Shown: in pieces, positions 26,701 to 41,700 of the stretch
Layout: the number at the start of each line of letters is the position of its first letter
Position numbering within the stretch: the stretch's first letter is position 1
DNA from: Perna viridis
Taxonomy: Eukaryota
Length of the DNA stretch: 64,000 nucleotides
Direction of reading: 5' to 3'
NCBI GenBank assembly: GCA_037379345.1
Contig: CM074514.1
Coordinates: 16,988,001 to 17,052,000, forward strand
Made by a program: the position numbers and the translations under genes
The notes under the pieces: generated by a model
Database searches by the model: none
Told to the model about the DNA's origin: nothing
Seen by the model: only the letters and a program-made list of their open reading frames with translations

Positions 26701-29700
26701 GTTAGCCTATTCTACTACTAATTATCAACATTCTACTTACGTATAACATATACAGTGAAGCTACAGACAGCGGTGTTGTTCTCACTGTCATATGCTATAT
26801 ACATAACATCATATTCACCATAGGCAAATACTTCACCTATAATATAAACATCAAAACAAACCATTCCTTATAAATATAGAATCTCATTTCTGCAAACCTC
26901 AATTTATTCTTAAGATTATCTTTTCATCAGGTGCCATTTAAAAACATTCTTTAGTATTAATTTTCATGGGATGTCAAAATTCCATTATGAATTGATTAGA
27001 GCTTCACAGAATTTCAACTCATTGTTTGGATATAACACAAACAACAAAGAAATAAGTACCCCACAATATATAGTTCCTCAAAAGAAGATAATTCATGTTT
27101 TCAATACTCAGTAGAATTTATATTCCATGAGGGCATAATCAAGTCAATTTATCATATACCAAACTTACCAGGTCTGTGTGTCTGTACCACATTGACTATC
27201 TCAACATCATCCGTAAATCTGGGCTCAGTCCAGTTTATAATGTTCAATCTGTTAGATGTTACTACTTGGACATACTCTGGACAGTACTCTATGGTAGGGG
27301 ATTTAGTATCTGCAAAAGTAGAAAACACACTTCAGATAATTGTTTGACAGAGTTCAATTACAAATCAACTGTTATAAAAGGGCTCCTAGAAAGACAATTA
27401 CCACATACAAAGATATTCATTCCTGAAATAAGTATTACAGTCCCTGAACTAATCTGGCTGACAATGTGATGGATCAACAACCCATGACTAAGTCCCTGAA
27501 CTGATCTGCCAGGCTATGTGATGGATCAATAACCCATGACTGATTCCCTGAACTGATCAGCCAGACTATGTGATGAATCAATAACCCATGACTGATTCCC
27601 TGAACTGATCAGCCAGACTATGTGATGAATCAATAACCCATGACTGATTCCCTGAACTGATCAGCCAGACTATGTGATGGATCAATAACCCATGACTGAT
27701 TCCCTGAACTGATCAGCCAGACTATGTGATGAATCAATAACCCATGACTGATTCCCTGAACTGATCAGCCAGACTATGTGATGAATCAATAACCCATGAC
27801 TGATTCCCTGAACTGATCAGCCAGACTATGTGATGGATCAATAACCCATGACTGATTCCCTGAACTGATCAGCCAGACTATGTGATGAATCAATAACCCA
27901 TGACTGATCAACTAATTATACAAAGATATTCTGTTCAGAGAAAAGTAAGTACTGATATATTATCACAGAATTGTCCATTATAACCTTAATGACACATCTC
28001 ACTGACACATATATACAGATTGCTCCTTTAACATACTGCCCTTTTACTCGAACAAACATATAACATATGTCCCTCCAAGAAGAGAGGTTAGAACTTACCC
28101 ACACTGTCATCACAAAACTGTCCATTATAATCCCCAGGACACACTTCACTGCCACAAACAGATGGTTCCTCCACCCCTATTCCAGGTCTAACATAGGCAG
28201 AGAATTGCTGCCATCTGAACACAGTTCCAGGAGATACACTGACAGAACAATTGTCTGATGAGTTAGATATGGTTGTGGAATTCAGGATATGGTCATAAAC
28301 ATTCAGCTGGCTTATAAGACCATGGAATGTTGTAGAGTTTTCTACTGTTGGTTTACCAAGGGCTACTTTTTGACTGTAACAAAAAAAAAATAAATAAATA
28401 AATTCACATATTTTTAATCTATCTGAGCATATTGAACAGATCACAGTGCTTGTTTTTATTCTTAACTACTTTACAATTTGCTGTCTTCAATCACAATTGA
28501 AAAATTAAGAATGAAACAATGAAATTTAATGACCCCAATTACCACAAAAGTTAGGAAATCTTTCTACAAAATTATGATTGTAAAATAATCTGGAGAATGT
28601 TACAAGAGCTAGAAAAATAGAGAATGAAATCATTTGACATTTATTTACTTACAGGGGTGGTAGTTCCTGTCCGTTACCGTATCCAACACCTTCTATCTGT
28701 AACTGACCATCTATATACACCTTCCAATGACCATTGTTATTACTATCCCAGGTAAAACACAGGTATGTCCATACCCCAGGGGTTGTTGTTAAATTAACCC
28801 AGGTATCACCATAGTAACCAAGATGTAATCTTTTAGTAGTCAAACTCAGAATCTCTTGTTCTTTGTTACCCCTGAAATAAAATGTAAATTTGTTTCTTTA
28901 TCAGTGGCTATCACAGTACAGTTGATACCATTCAGATTCATCCATTTACCTTAATGGTACAGCAAACTGTATGTACAAAAATAAATTAATCTTTTAGAAT
29001 ATGAGGAATTACTGTAACATACTATCAACAAAATTGGATGTACCACATTTCCTAAAGTGGTAGACCTATGTATATCAAAAACAAAACAAAAAAAATCTTC
29101 CATTTGAACTTGAACCAGAAATATTGCATGAAACTCACTTATTCCACAATAGTGTACAAGAACATTACATACTTTAATATTTTATCTCCTGATCACAGAA
29201 TATATATGAGAATGATAACAGTACAGATCAACCAAAGAACATTTAGTTATAATTACCTTAGTACAGCATTCAGACTGAACACTGGTTGACCTTCTGACAG
29301 TGATAAAACTTTGACCCATAAACACACACTCAGATTGTTTCTGTTCTTCATTCTGGTGACATTAGTCTCTAAACTAGTGTTGTCATGGAAATACAAATCA
29401 TATCCAGGGTTCCTCTCTATAACAGTAGAAGAAAATATCAAATTATAGTTTAATAATTTAATTTCAGATGTAACATGCTTTCTGATTGGATAAAAAAATG
29501 TGTCCATCATCTCATAATCCAAATTTTGTAATGCGACTGTGACGTCATCAACCTTTTTCGTTAATTAATTCCTTAAATTTTGATACTGAAATTAAATTAT
29601 AAGGAATAACTTATATTTTTTCAGTCTACACAGGTTATTTAGTGTACACCACATGATTGATGTTATTTCCTCATAGACTGAAAAAAAAAATATAACAGTG

Positions 29701-32700
29701 ATTCCTTATATAAACAAAAGGGAACACCTAGAAATGAATGCTTTATTTTGTTTTCTGTCTTTTCAACAGCATACTTATAAAGAAATTAAAAAACTGTTGA
29801 AATAAGTAAATGCAGTTGTCTTGCAGGGTTTATAATCTCAATGGTAAAAGAAATGAAATATGAAAAACTAGATAAAATTTGATTATAGTCTTTATAACAG
29901 TACCTTTTCCACAATCAGGCCCAACAAATCCAGGAAGGCATACACAGTTTCCATTGTAACATTCTGTAGCTCCATTCTGACATACAGGACATATCTGGTC
30001 AAGGTCATTACAGTCATGTCCATGGAAACCATCCAGACATAAACACTGATATCCACCAATCAGATTAACACATTGTCCTCCATTGAGGCAAGGATGGTTA
30101 AGACATTCATTGATATCCTCCTGGCAGTGGCTTCCTGTATAACCTGGATAGATCAAATTCATATCATCAGTGTAAAACATTATTCATATTTTTCAACACT
30201 GCAAATTTGTAAATTTGTTACCATTTTGTCCTTACAGTCTAAAAAGTGAATGTCATTTGTTTGCAGTTCACAGCATCAATAATTTTAAAAACTTCCATAG
30301 TGCAACTTTTACTATTGTGAATTTAAGTCAATTTCATTTTTATATCACAATAATTTCTGACTACAAAGAATATAAATCACAATTTCCTCAATCTTACAGT
30401 TATCTCCCTTACCTTGTAGACAGTTACACGAGTATTGATTGATGCCATTGAAACAGGTACCATTATTAGCACATGGCAGACTGATACAGTTGTTTACCAT
30501 GGTTTCACATCTGACACCTGTCCAGCCAAGCTCACACCTAAAAACATAATACCATCAACCAAAACTAGTTAAAAATCAGTTTTTTTCCACTCTGTTAAAA
30601 AATGCAGTTTTAGACCATCAGACTGAAACAAAATTGTTCTATTTCACTTGATTACTAAAACAAAAAATAACAAAGAACTCCTACCAGCACAGATAGCTAT
30701 CTACTAAGTTCTGACAGGTTCCATTATGTAGACAAGGTGTGTCAGCACATAAATCTATCTGTATTTGGCACTGCTTTCCTTTAAAACTTCCTCTACAAAT
30801 ACATGTATATCCACTAACTTCATCGATACACTGGCCACCATTAAAACATGGGTTGGACTCACACTCGTCAATATTTATCTGGAGAAAAAAAATTAAGGTA
30901 AATCAAAATAATGTCTATTGATAGTTAACAAGTTGCATATTTCATAGCAAAACTACAAAATTTCTTTTCTCTCTTTATTCTTATGTAAAATATTTTCAGA
31001 ATTAAAATCAAATTTCAAAAAAAAACAAAACAAAAAGAAACAAGAGTCTTCAAGTTGTGAACACTAATTTCCATTGAATATATGTAATAAAAACAGTTTT
31101 GTAAAGGAACACTTCCTGTAATAAGGAGCAGTTTAAAAAAATCACTACATGACAGAACTTTCCATTGAACGTGAAGCACTGTTCACAAATTAATATAAGA
31201 ACTTACAGAACAGTTATGACCTGTAAAACCTTCATTACAGTTACACAAATACTGGTCATCTAAATCTATACAGGTACTACCATGGGCACAAGGTATGGAC
31301 AAACAATCATTAATAGGCTGAGTACAGTATTTACCTGCATCAGAGAAAAATCAATTAAGTATATTGAAAGTACAAAATGTTTATTATTTAGCTAATTTCT
31401 GGATATTTGATAATGCTACGGATAACACAGATGCATTAAATAAAGATCCTGGTTACTTTTGTAAAGCACCTACAAAATGAAAAATTCTAATGAAAAGAGA
31501 AGGAAACAAATTCATAGAAATAAAATACTTGACTGAATTAACCTGTTACAAACTAATTCGGACAAAATTACAGATATAACTATCTATTTTAAGGTAAAAC
31601 TACCACCTGTATATAAACCTGAAATGTTAAAACTGACTTGCCAACCTATATAAACATTCTCAGGTTAAGCTGTTAACACTCACCTGTTAATCCAAGTAGA
31701 AAATTACAGGTATAACTGTTAACTCTCACCTGTCCATCCAGGTAGAAAATCACAGATATAACTGTTAACTCTCACCTGTACAACCAGATAGACAATCACA
31801 GGTATAACTGTTAACTCTCACCTCACCTGTACAACCAGGTAGAAAATCACAGGTATAACTGTTAACTCTCACCTGTCCATCCAGGTAGAAAATCACAGGT
31901 ATAACTGTTAAAACTCACCTGTCCAACCAGGTAGACAATCACAGGTATAGCTATTTATATCATCTTTACATTGTGACTTCTCTGGGTTGCACATATTGTT
32001 CTTACATTCATCGATGTTGACTTCACACAACACTCCAGTATAACCTGAAGTAAAAACGTATGATGTTCTCATACTGAAGGTAAAAAACTGGTCATAATAA
32101 AATAGTGGTATAGAAAGCTAAGTATCAATATAACTACAAATACATATACTGCAAACTTAATTTGGACTTGAAACCTTCAAGTTCAATTACCTTCCTTTAC
32201 AGGTACCCTACAGTAATTATCTACTATGATGTCTAACCTTCAAATAAAGCTTAATCAAAATCTATTCAGATTTTCAAGTGGAGTTGCATTAATAAGATAT
32301 GAACATATAATACCCTTAAATTGAATTATCTCCCCTTATATTGGCCAATAACTATCAACATTTGATTCTAATCTACCTACAATTCTAACAAAAACCATAG
32401 GAAAAATAGAAGGAACCAATCTTATAACTGATGTGAACAGGTAGTAGGGCAGACTTTGATTTTAGAGAGTGTAAATAAAAATTACAAACAGCATTATCAT
32501 TTCTATTCAATTGGTAAATAAATGTTTGCTTTTGAAAAAAAAGTTATTTCCCTTACCAGGAGGACAATGACACTGGAATCCTGTTGTAGTTGTGGTACAC
32601 AAAGCAGCATTAAAACATGGACTGGTATCACACATCATGTTGATACTACACTGATCTCCAGTATAACCTGCCTGTAATAAACATAACAATACCACTCTAT

Positions 32701-35700
32701 AAGTTTATTTCTAACTTTGGCTACAGACAATTCAATGTAGCATGTAATTTTCATGTTCCTATGTTTCTATGACAGACATAAATATCACCTGGAAAATTCA
32801 CAAATGAAAGAACTACTTTGTATGTACCCAAGGCATAAAACCTGACTAGAACTGGCCCATGTCTAACATGAAAAGGAAAGTGGCCAATACCTGACATAAA
32901 CATGAATGTGGTCAATACCTGACATAAACATGAATGTGGTCAATACCTGACATAAACATGAATGTGGTCAATACCTGACATAAGCAGGAACTTGACAAAC
33001 ACCTGACATATACAGAAACTTGACAAACACCTGACATATACAGGAACTTGACAAACACCTGACATAAACAGAAATATGACCCATACCTGACATAAGAGGA
33101 ACATGACCCATCCCTGACTTTAACAGGAACATGACTCATATATGACATATATAGGAACATGACCCATACATGACATAAACAGGAACATGATCCATACATG
33201 ACATAAACAGGAACATGACCCGTACCTAACATAATGAGGAACATGACTAATACCTGACATAAACAGGAACTTGACAAACACAGGAATGTGACCCATACCT
33301 GGCATAAACAGGAACCTGACAAACACAGGAATGTGACCCATACCTGGCATAAACAGGAACCTGACAAACACAGGAATGCGACCCATACCTGACATAAACA
33401 GGAATACTGATCCACACCATCTATACATACAGCTCCATTCTTACAGTAATGTCCTTCACAATCGTTGATGTTTACTTCACAGTATCTACCAGTAAATCCT
33501 GTAACAGAAACAAATTACAATTATGAAATTTATCATACTTGTATTTTTGTTCAAATAAATGAGTAAAACACAGGAATGTCATATGTGCTAAAGACAAGAA
33601 CTGTCAAAAAATAATTAAAAAATTTACTTCTTACAACAAACATTTACACCAGCAGAGAAGACATTTACTCAGAATGAAAAGACAATGATCTGGAATCAAA
33701 TTTGACAATTTTCATAACAGATAAATAAAATAATTCTATGAGTAACTTAATAGTCATAAGTCCCTGTGCAAATACTTTAAATCAGAAATAACCTTGAGCA
33801 CATGAACAGCTGTAACCATTGTCATGGGGATGACAGACACCATCATTCAGACATGATCCATTATAACATCTCTCTGTTAACAAGTCACAGGTCTTTCCTA
33901 CATAACCTGTCCCCTGTAGAAAAAAAAGTACATAATCTTGTAATTGTAAATATGATTTTCACCAACCAACAGTGGCTTAATGTGTCAATTTTATATTTGC
34001 CTAAAAGGATGAGTAAGTGAATAACAAGAAAGACTTATAAAACAGAAGTAGAGATTCCTCTTTGTATGGAGTAGTTTATATGGTTTCTTCATTGAAGTAG
34101 CCAGATTTAGATTTTCATCATGTTGCTTTTTGCAGAATGTTAACAAATAATCAACTCTTACTATAGAGAGTTGTAAAATGGTAAACTTCAAAATGTGGCA
34201 TAAGGAAAATGGGTTCTGCCCACAAAAATTGAAAAACCTTACAAAAAATTATAAAAAGGTGAAAAAGAAAGGCATTTAATCACTACCTGTTAAGATTGGA
34301 AAGAGATATATTTGAAATCATTGAGATAAAGCTATCAAATAGAAAAAAAGGGGAAAAACAATGGAGAGAGACAATATATATAAGTACTTACAGAGCAGTT
34401 GCAGATAAAATCATTAATCAGGTCAATACATATTCCACCATGTCTACATGGGTCAGGGTCACACTCATTTATCTCAGTGCAGGTTCTGTAACATATCAAT
34501 TTCAATGTAGTTTTTTGTAATATCAAAATACAAAGTAAATAAAGTATCAAATTAAATACAAGTCAATATTACAATCAACTGAAGTGGTATAACAGACATG
34601 GTACCCAATCACCGTATCCAACCAAATATTTCGAGTCCTCGAAATAAAAAAAAATAAAGTACTTTAAAATTTGAAGCAAATATAAACATTCACAAAAACT
34701 TGTAATTTTGTATAGACTACAATAAAACTCACAGGCATAGATTAGACATACAGCATACATAATAATTACCTGTTAATAATGGAAGGTTAAGAAAAAACGA
34801 CAATCCTACTGTTTATATTTACTGAGTTTATCACTTGCACAATAAATGAATGTGAATGCTTAATGTTTATAATGTCCATCATTTGTTATGTTGCTCAAAT
34901 TAAATGTACTGGATCACACCTTTTATATGTTCTTTACAAATCAATAATTGAATTGAACTGATTGAATATAGAGTACTACTCACGAATTGCCAGTGTATCC
35001 ATCATAACACAGACAGCTATAAGTATCATCTCCATCCACACAGGTACTGTTAATACAGGCTCCAGGGAAACAATTATCTATATTTGTCTCACAGTTATGT
35101 CCAGTATAACCTGAAAGAAAGACCAGAAGATTACAACAATGAAACAAAATGGTTTCTGCCAGTAAAAGGAAACTTTCAATCCCTTTTTTTAATCTTCTAG
35201 AATATTTAAAATAGCAATACAAATTTAATTGATAATAATATTTCAAAAACATGTCCACCACAGTTACAGTACATTTATACTTGTAAATCTTCATTAATTA
35301 GCACTGAAAAAGAATAAAATCCAAGTTGAAATGAGGACAAGGTCAAGGTTAAAGAAGGACAAAATTCAAGTTGAAAATAGGACACAGTCGAGGTTAAAAA
35401 AGCATAAAATTCAAGATGAAAGGAGATAAAATCAAGGTTAAAGAAGGATAAAATTCAAGTTGAAATGGAGACCAAGTCAAGGTTAAAGAAGTACAAAATT
35501 CAATTTGAAAGTAGGACAAAGTTAAGGTTCAAGAAGGACATCATTCAAGTTGAAAGGAGGACAAGGTCAAAGTTAAAGAACAACAAAGTTCAAGTTTTCA
35601 GAAATGAGAAAGAGAGCAAGGTTCTAAAACATGTTCAAGTCTATCTGAATCAAGGATTACAACTTGCAGAAGTTCCAGTCCATACTAACCTGTCTGACAT

Positions 35701-38700
35701 ACACATGTATAGCTGTTATTCTCATCAATACAATCACCATGGATACAAGGGTTGCTGCTACATTCTTGGACATCCAATTCACAAATGGTGCCTGTAATGA
35801 CAAAAATAAATACATTATTATCCATATTTGGATATAGAAATAATACAGATTACAAAAGTCTGTAGCAAAAACAATGTGCTTATATCATGTGGTTCTGTCC
35901 TTATTCTTCATTGACAGTCTAAAAACTTACACTAGCAAATCAACAGAAGCCTGACTCACTTAACTACTATTAAATAGCCAGTACATATGGTATAGGTACA
36001 GTCCTACCTGTAATTCCAGGTGGGCACTGACAGGTGAAATAACGACCATTGTCTACAGGTATACAGGTACCACCATTACAGACATTCCCAGAACAGATAG
36101 CAGGATCTGTAACAATGCAAAAGAAAAAATTAATCACTCTAAATTCATTGACCAATACAGAGTTTCAGTTTCCAACAAACAATCTCTATTTATCACAGAT
36201 GTTGTACCTCTTACCCAAAACTTTAACTTCAATAAGTAGGGCAGTGGCTGTCTTTCAATGAACAGGAAGCTTTACTCTAACAACAAACTCAAGTTCACCT
36301 CTAATCTAAAGTTGGGTTTGTGCTGTTTGTTTTTGTGTGTACTTGTTTGTAACTTGTTTTTTTCTCTGTTTTTCTTCCTTATGTTTTAATAACGTCTATG
36401 CTATACCATTGATTTATGATCCAGTCAAAAGTAATTTACATGTTTTTCATATTAACAGACATAAAATAGAATCTTATCATGAACTTGGCAGTGAAAGTAA
36501 TCTTACCAACACACTGGCTCAATGAGGTACTTCCATTTGATGTTGTTACCAAACCACGTGGACATTCTATACAATGCTGGGACTGTGTTTTGTTGGAGTA
36601 AAACATTACAGGACAAGGTTTACAGGGAACCAGTCCACTGCTACTATATTCTCCAATAGGACATACATCTATAGAATTGAAAAAAAGACATTTGTATAAT
36701 TCACATAATATGTTTTCAATAAAACTATCGGAAATGTAGAACAATATTAAAGATTTACTTTCCAAATGACCACTCAGCATGGAAATATAGGTTCAGATTT
36801 TAAATTGAAAGTTAAAATTATTAAGTTTTATGTGGCATGCAAATATCATAGCATTCAGTGAAAAGCCAGTTAATGATTAACATGCCTCTAGAAGTCAGAA
36901 GAATATGCAACATTTTCGTATATTGTATCATACATAAAGACAAAAGAAGTCGTATGTTTAAAAAGCTTACCTAGACATCCATTCTGACTGTTAGTTCCTG
37001 TACTCAGGGTAAACTGTCCAGTTGGACACGATTTACAGATGGTAGATTTATAGGAGTCAGAGTAAGAATTGTTTGAACATTTAGTACAGGGCTGCAGTCC
37101 TGTTGGGGAGTATTCCCCTGGTTTACATGTACCTGAAGCAAATATTATAATTGATAATACTACTGGTAATGAAAACACTCCTAATTATTACATAGATTCT
37201 CTTTAATTGATTTATAAACAATTTATTTTTTTTTTAATCTGTAACAATGCTTGAAATTCTGGGGAAAATAACATCATTTGTTATTTCTAGTGAAAGTTCT
37301 GTAGGCAGCAGCGTCATGTCAAAATGACTTGTCTTCAAAGAGGGAATGATTTCACAATAATACCAGACAAGTTTTACCATTATACATACCAATACAGTTA
37401 GTGTTATCTCCAGTACAGAGTTGACATTCAGACTGTGTACTGTCTGGAGCTAAGGGACACACTTCACATCTACCTGCCATACTGTTAACATAGGTACCTT
37501 TTCTACAATAACCTGTAACATCAAACAATTAAACAATGTAAAAGGCTAAGTCTTCAGACAAAAGAACATATACTGATAGTAAATATACTTTTTAAAAGCA
37601 CTGGAGATTTCTTTCTAAATAAAGTATAAATATAACCGTCACAAGACATCATAAGCTACAGAAAGATTTTTACTGATACAGATATATACCTATAACAGTA
37701 ATAAGTCACTTACTACAGAATTTGCTTGTTTGATTTAGCACCATATAATGACCTTCACATAGGAATTTTGGAGTTGGTTCATCATTCAATAGTGTTAATA
37801 TATACTCAGGACATGTTGCCACGGTGATAGTTAGGTTACCAAGTTCTTTAATCTTGGTTATAGCTGTTCTTCCACATTTTTCCATTTTACCAAAATCCAA
37901 TGTTCCAAAGTTGGCAAAAATCACCGAAGTTTCAATTGTCAACTTTTCCTGAAAAAGGAAAATTATTAATCCATTTATTTATTGGGGACACCCTGTAAAA
38001 ATTTTGTTTAATTATCCTGGTTTAATATCCTTCTATTGTTATGAACACTTGATATTTTTGTCTGCACAAAGCACCAATTTCCATGTACTCTGACTCCACT
38101 ACAATATTGATTGTTTTTATTTACATTATTATGTATATATGTTAGCTATTTGAAAGCATTCAAGCTTATTTTACACTTTTGAGCACTTAAAACCATATAA
38201 TTGTCTTTCATAATCAGAGTACATTTTTTTTTTTAAATTGACATTTCATTCACATGTTATAGATAAGCAAGTGTTTCTACATCTTACATATATTTTTATG
38301 AAACTATTTTGCTTGCTCAACACTTAAAATATAATTCTTGTAATTTTGTATTCCAAGCTGTAGTTAACTTACTGGTGTATCCTGTACAGTATCTGGCATC
38401 AGATTAAAGCTGTTATTACAGTCAGGTATAAGCTGTTCAAGGGCATGAATTTTTTCTATTATTTTTCTCCCATACTGCCTGGAACAGTTATCACTGAATT
38501 CCAAGGTAGGTGTATTGTAGTTCACTTTTATCCTATATTGTGGAAGCTGCTCATTTCCTAAAAAAGACAATGCATTTTCTTTATAAAGACGTGAGGTAGC
38601 AACATGAATTTCACATGAAGCTCAATTCATGTTAATTTCATGTGAACAGTACTTGTCTGTGTAAATGATGCAATCTCCTGAAGTGACACACCACAATTCA

Positions 38701-41700
38701 ATGCCAGAAAAAAAGACTGTTATTAGTTTGCGGCAAAGTGTAGTATATAGATATCCTTGTGTCTACATGTTAACCATTGTTAAAACATTCAATGAAAAAA
38801 ATGTTCTGTTTTTGAATATTCAAATGCCTATAAGTCATGATCACCTGTTCCATGGACAAAAGAAGCAATGATTTTCATATTGGTATAATAGTGAGTATGA
38901 AGACTAGGAAAAAAATCACTTACTTGTGGCCTCATATGTAAACTGACAAGATGTTGTATTCCCAAATCTATCATGAGCTATAGCCATCACATTTACAAGG
39001 TCTTTGATCTGGACCAAGGAACCATTTGGTGGATTGTATGTTATCTTCACAGCAGCCTCAGAGGCTTTCACACCACTGTAGTTAGTTTGTACTGAATCAT
39101 TTATAGTGGGATATGATACTCTGACAACATCAACTGGACATTGGATCACTAGAGGGTAGACATCTAAATCCAACATACAGCATATATTAAGAGACACTCA
39201 CGGCTGTATATATGGTATAATACAGATAAATCTTGTATATTTCATGTGTAATTAGAGATTATAACACTGCCACCAAGGATCAAACCCTAGGAAGCTCGAT
39301 GATTGGCCAGTGACAAACCACTTCAGCAAATAAATTTAATCCTTTGACCATGTCAATTAACTGGCTATTTAAATCTACTATTTGCCATATTTTGGTGTGT
39401 ATAGTGCGCATTTGTGTATAATGTGCAGGGTGGTTTTTCCATTAAAAGTTGATGTAAAAAACTTTTTTACCGATGTATGTATGTATTGTACATGGTGAAA
39501 ATAGTGTAACTTGTTGGAACCAGAAACATTTCTGGCTTTAATTTATTTGTAAATAGGAAGGACCATTTCGTCTGTTTTGTATATTTATTTCTATAAAGAA
39601 TATTGTTTTTGTTACTTTTTGTATTTATCTATTTTGTCCGTGTTTATGTGTATTAATATACTACTCGGGTAAGAAATGCATAACATAGACAATAGCTGAA
39701 ATTGTCAGCTTGGACATATGTTTTGATTACCTTTGAAAGGTTTCTATTGAGGGTAATAAATTTCTGAAGATTGCTAATTCTAGAAGAAAGACTGTTTTTA
39801 CTACAATCAATTAAGGGGTCTGAGCAAACAATGCAGACGGTCATCAAATAGGGCATGTGATAATGAGATGCAGAATTTTCTCTGATGTGTATCGGGGATA
39901 CATAAAGGATTTATGTTTAAAATTAATACTTTTTATGTTGGATAAGGATTTTGATATTAGTACTACAAGTTAGGTAGGCCTTCCAGCCACACATGCAATG
40001 ATAGATATATGTACTATAATTCTGAATTTATAAAGGTGTCATTCTCTTGTCCTGTAAGTATTTGCTCCCATGGTTTGCATTTAAGATGCATAGTGGTCAT
40101 ACAGAATGGTGTAAAATAAATGGCAAGTAATTGTGGTAAAACAATGTGTATGAGTAATCAAGGGAACCAAGATTCTAGCAGAAATCAAAAGAATGTTATC
40201 AAGGCCAGACATGGAAAAAAGACGCAGACAAACAAAGAACATAAAATAACCAAAACAATATGTACAAAGCAACAACAGTAAATGAGCAACCCAGATTAAA
40301 AACTGGGGGCATGGACCATGTGCACTGATAGAGTAAACTTCCTGTGCTTTTCTATAAACACTGCCGAGTTGCTCATAAAAAGTCAAGTCCGAGGTAGACG
40401 AAAGAGGAAAGGAAAACTATGACATGTTGAACAAATTGGTTCTCATGGTGCAGATGGATACACCATAATGATCCACGAGTTCATGATAATGACCATAAAA
40501 CTTCTGTTGTGATATCTGATACAATAAACATGTAAAATTACACTTGCTATTCAACTGACATTGTAAACCTAATGGTAGTCACATTCCACCTTATCATCTG
40601 TTATTCATTGAGAATTCAAAAAAGGTTGACTTACCAATGACTGTAACATTAATATTACAGAAAGCCTTATTCCCACTCAGATCCTCAGCTAACATTGATA
40701 TTGTAGTGTTCTGTAATACATGTAATTTTAATCAGTTTTATATTGACAATTCAGTTTCCCTTTGTAATGTTCGAATTCCACATATTTTGACATTCAAGTG
40801 TTTAACTTATTAAATGAGTGTAGCTTTCAAAAGTCTAGTGCATGGATTAAACCATTCATTTCAATGCTAATGATACTGAAAAAATGATTTATTGAAGAAG
40901 CATAAAGTTAGAGCCCAATACAGTCCTAATTCAACAATTTGGTTTGATATGGAAGAAACCATAGTTTCACAATGTAATATTATCTGAGAAAAGATATACT
41001 TGTCTAAACATGTATGGCTGTCTGAAGTCTGTTGGAGTAACTGTTACCCTAGGACTGATACCAGAATTATCTACTACAGATGGTAGGTTTACTACTGCCA
41101 TCACTGGTCCCCAGAACTCTTTATACAGTATCACATTTTTCTGTGGACAGTTCCGAAATACTGGAGGCTCTATATCTATCCATGGAAATCAATGTATACA
41201 TTGCAAAGCAAATAACTGATATTTAGATAGAAAAGTGCATTTTAATGGCAATTGAATATGGTTATAGTTTCATTAAAATATCAAATAAAAAGCTTTATCC
41301 AGCACAGTATGACACAACCGCAGCCAGTTGAATTCTGTTCACTTGAGGCAAGTGTGGAAACAACATTAGTTTTTAGTCAAATCACAGCCCCAAAAATCAA
41401 TCCCAGTCTTCTTTTTGTGGTATGGCACCTTGTTTTACAATTTCAAAAGGATTCATTCACAAATACTGTGAAAATATTTTTATTTGTAGATATCGATTTT
41501 CATGGATTGCAGACAAATCATTGATTTATGGATTCTTAAATAAGTGGTTTGAAATATGCATTTCTTTGGAATTTTAATTTTGTGGTTTGAGTCAATGACG
41601 AAACCACTAAAACTGGTACCCCACAAATATAAGTACTTTCCCATCAGGGCATTTGGAAAATGCATGATTCTGCCACCCATCACTTTTTTGGCTCCTAATT

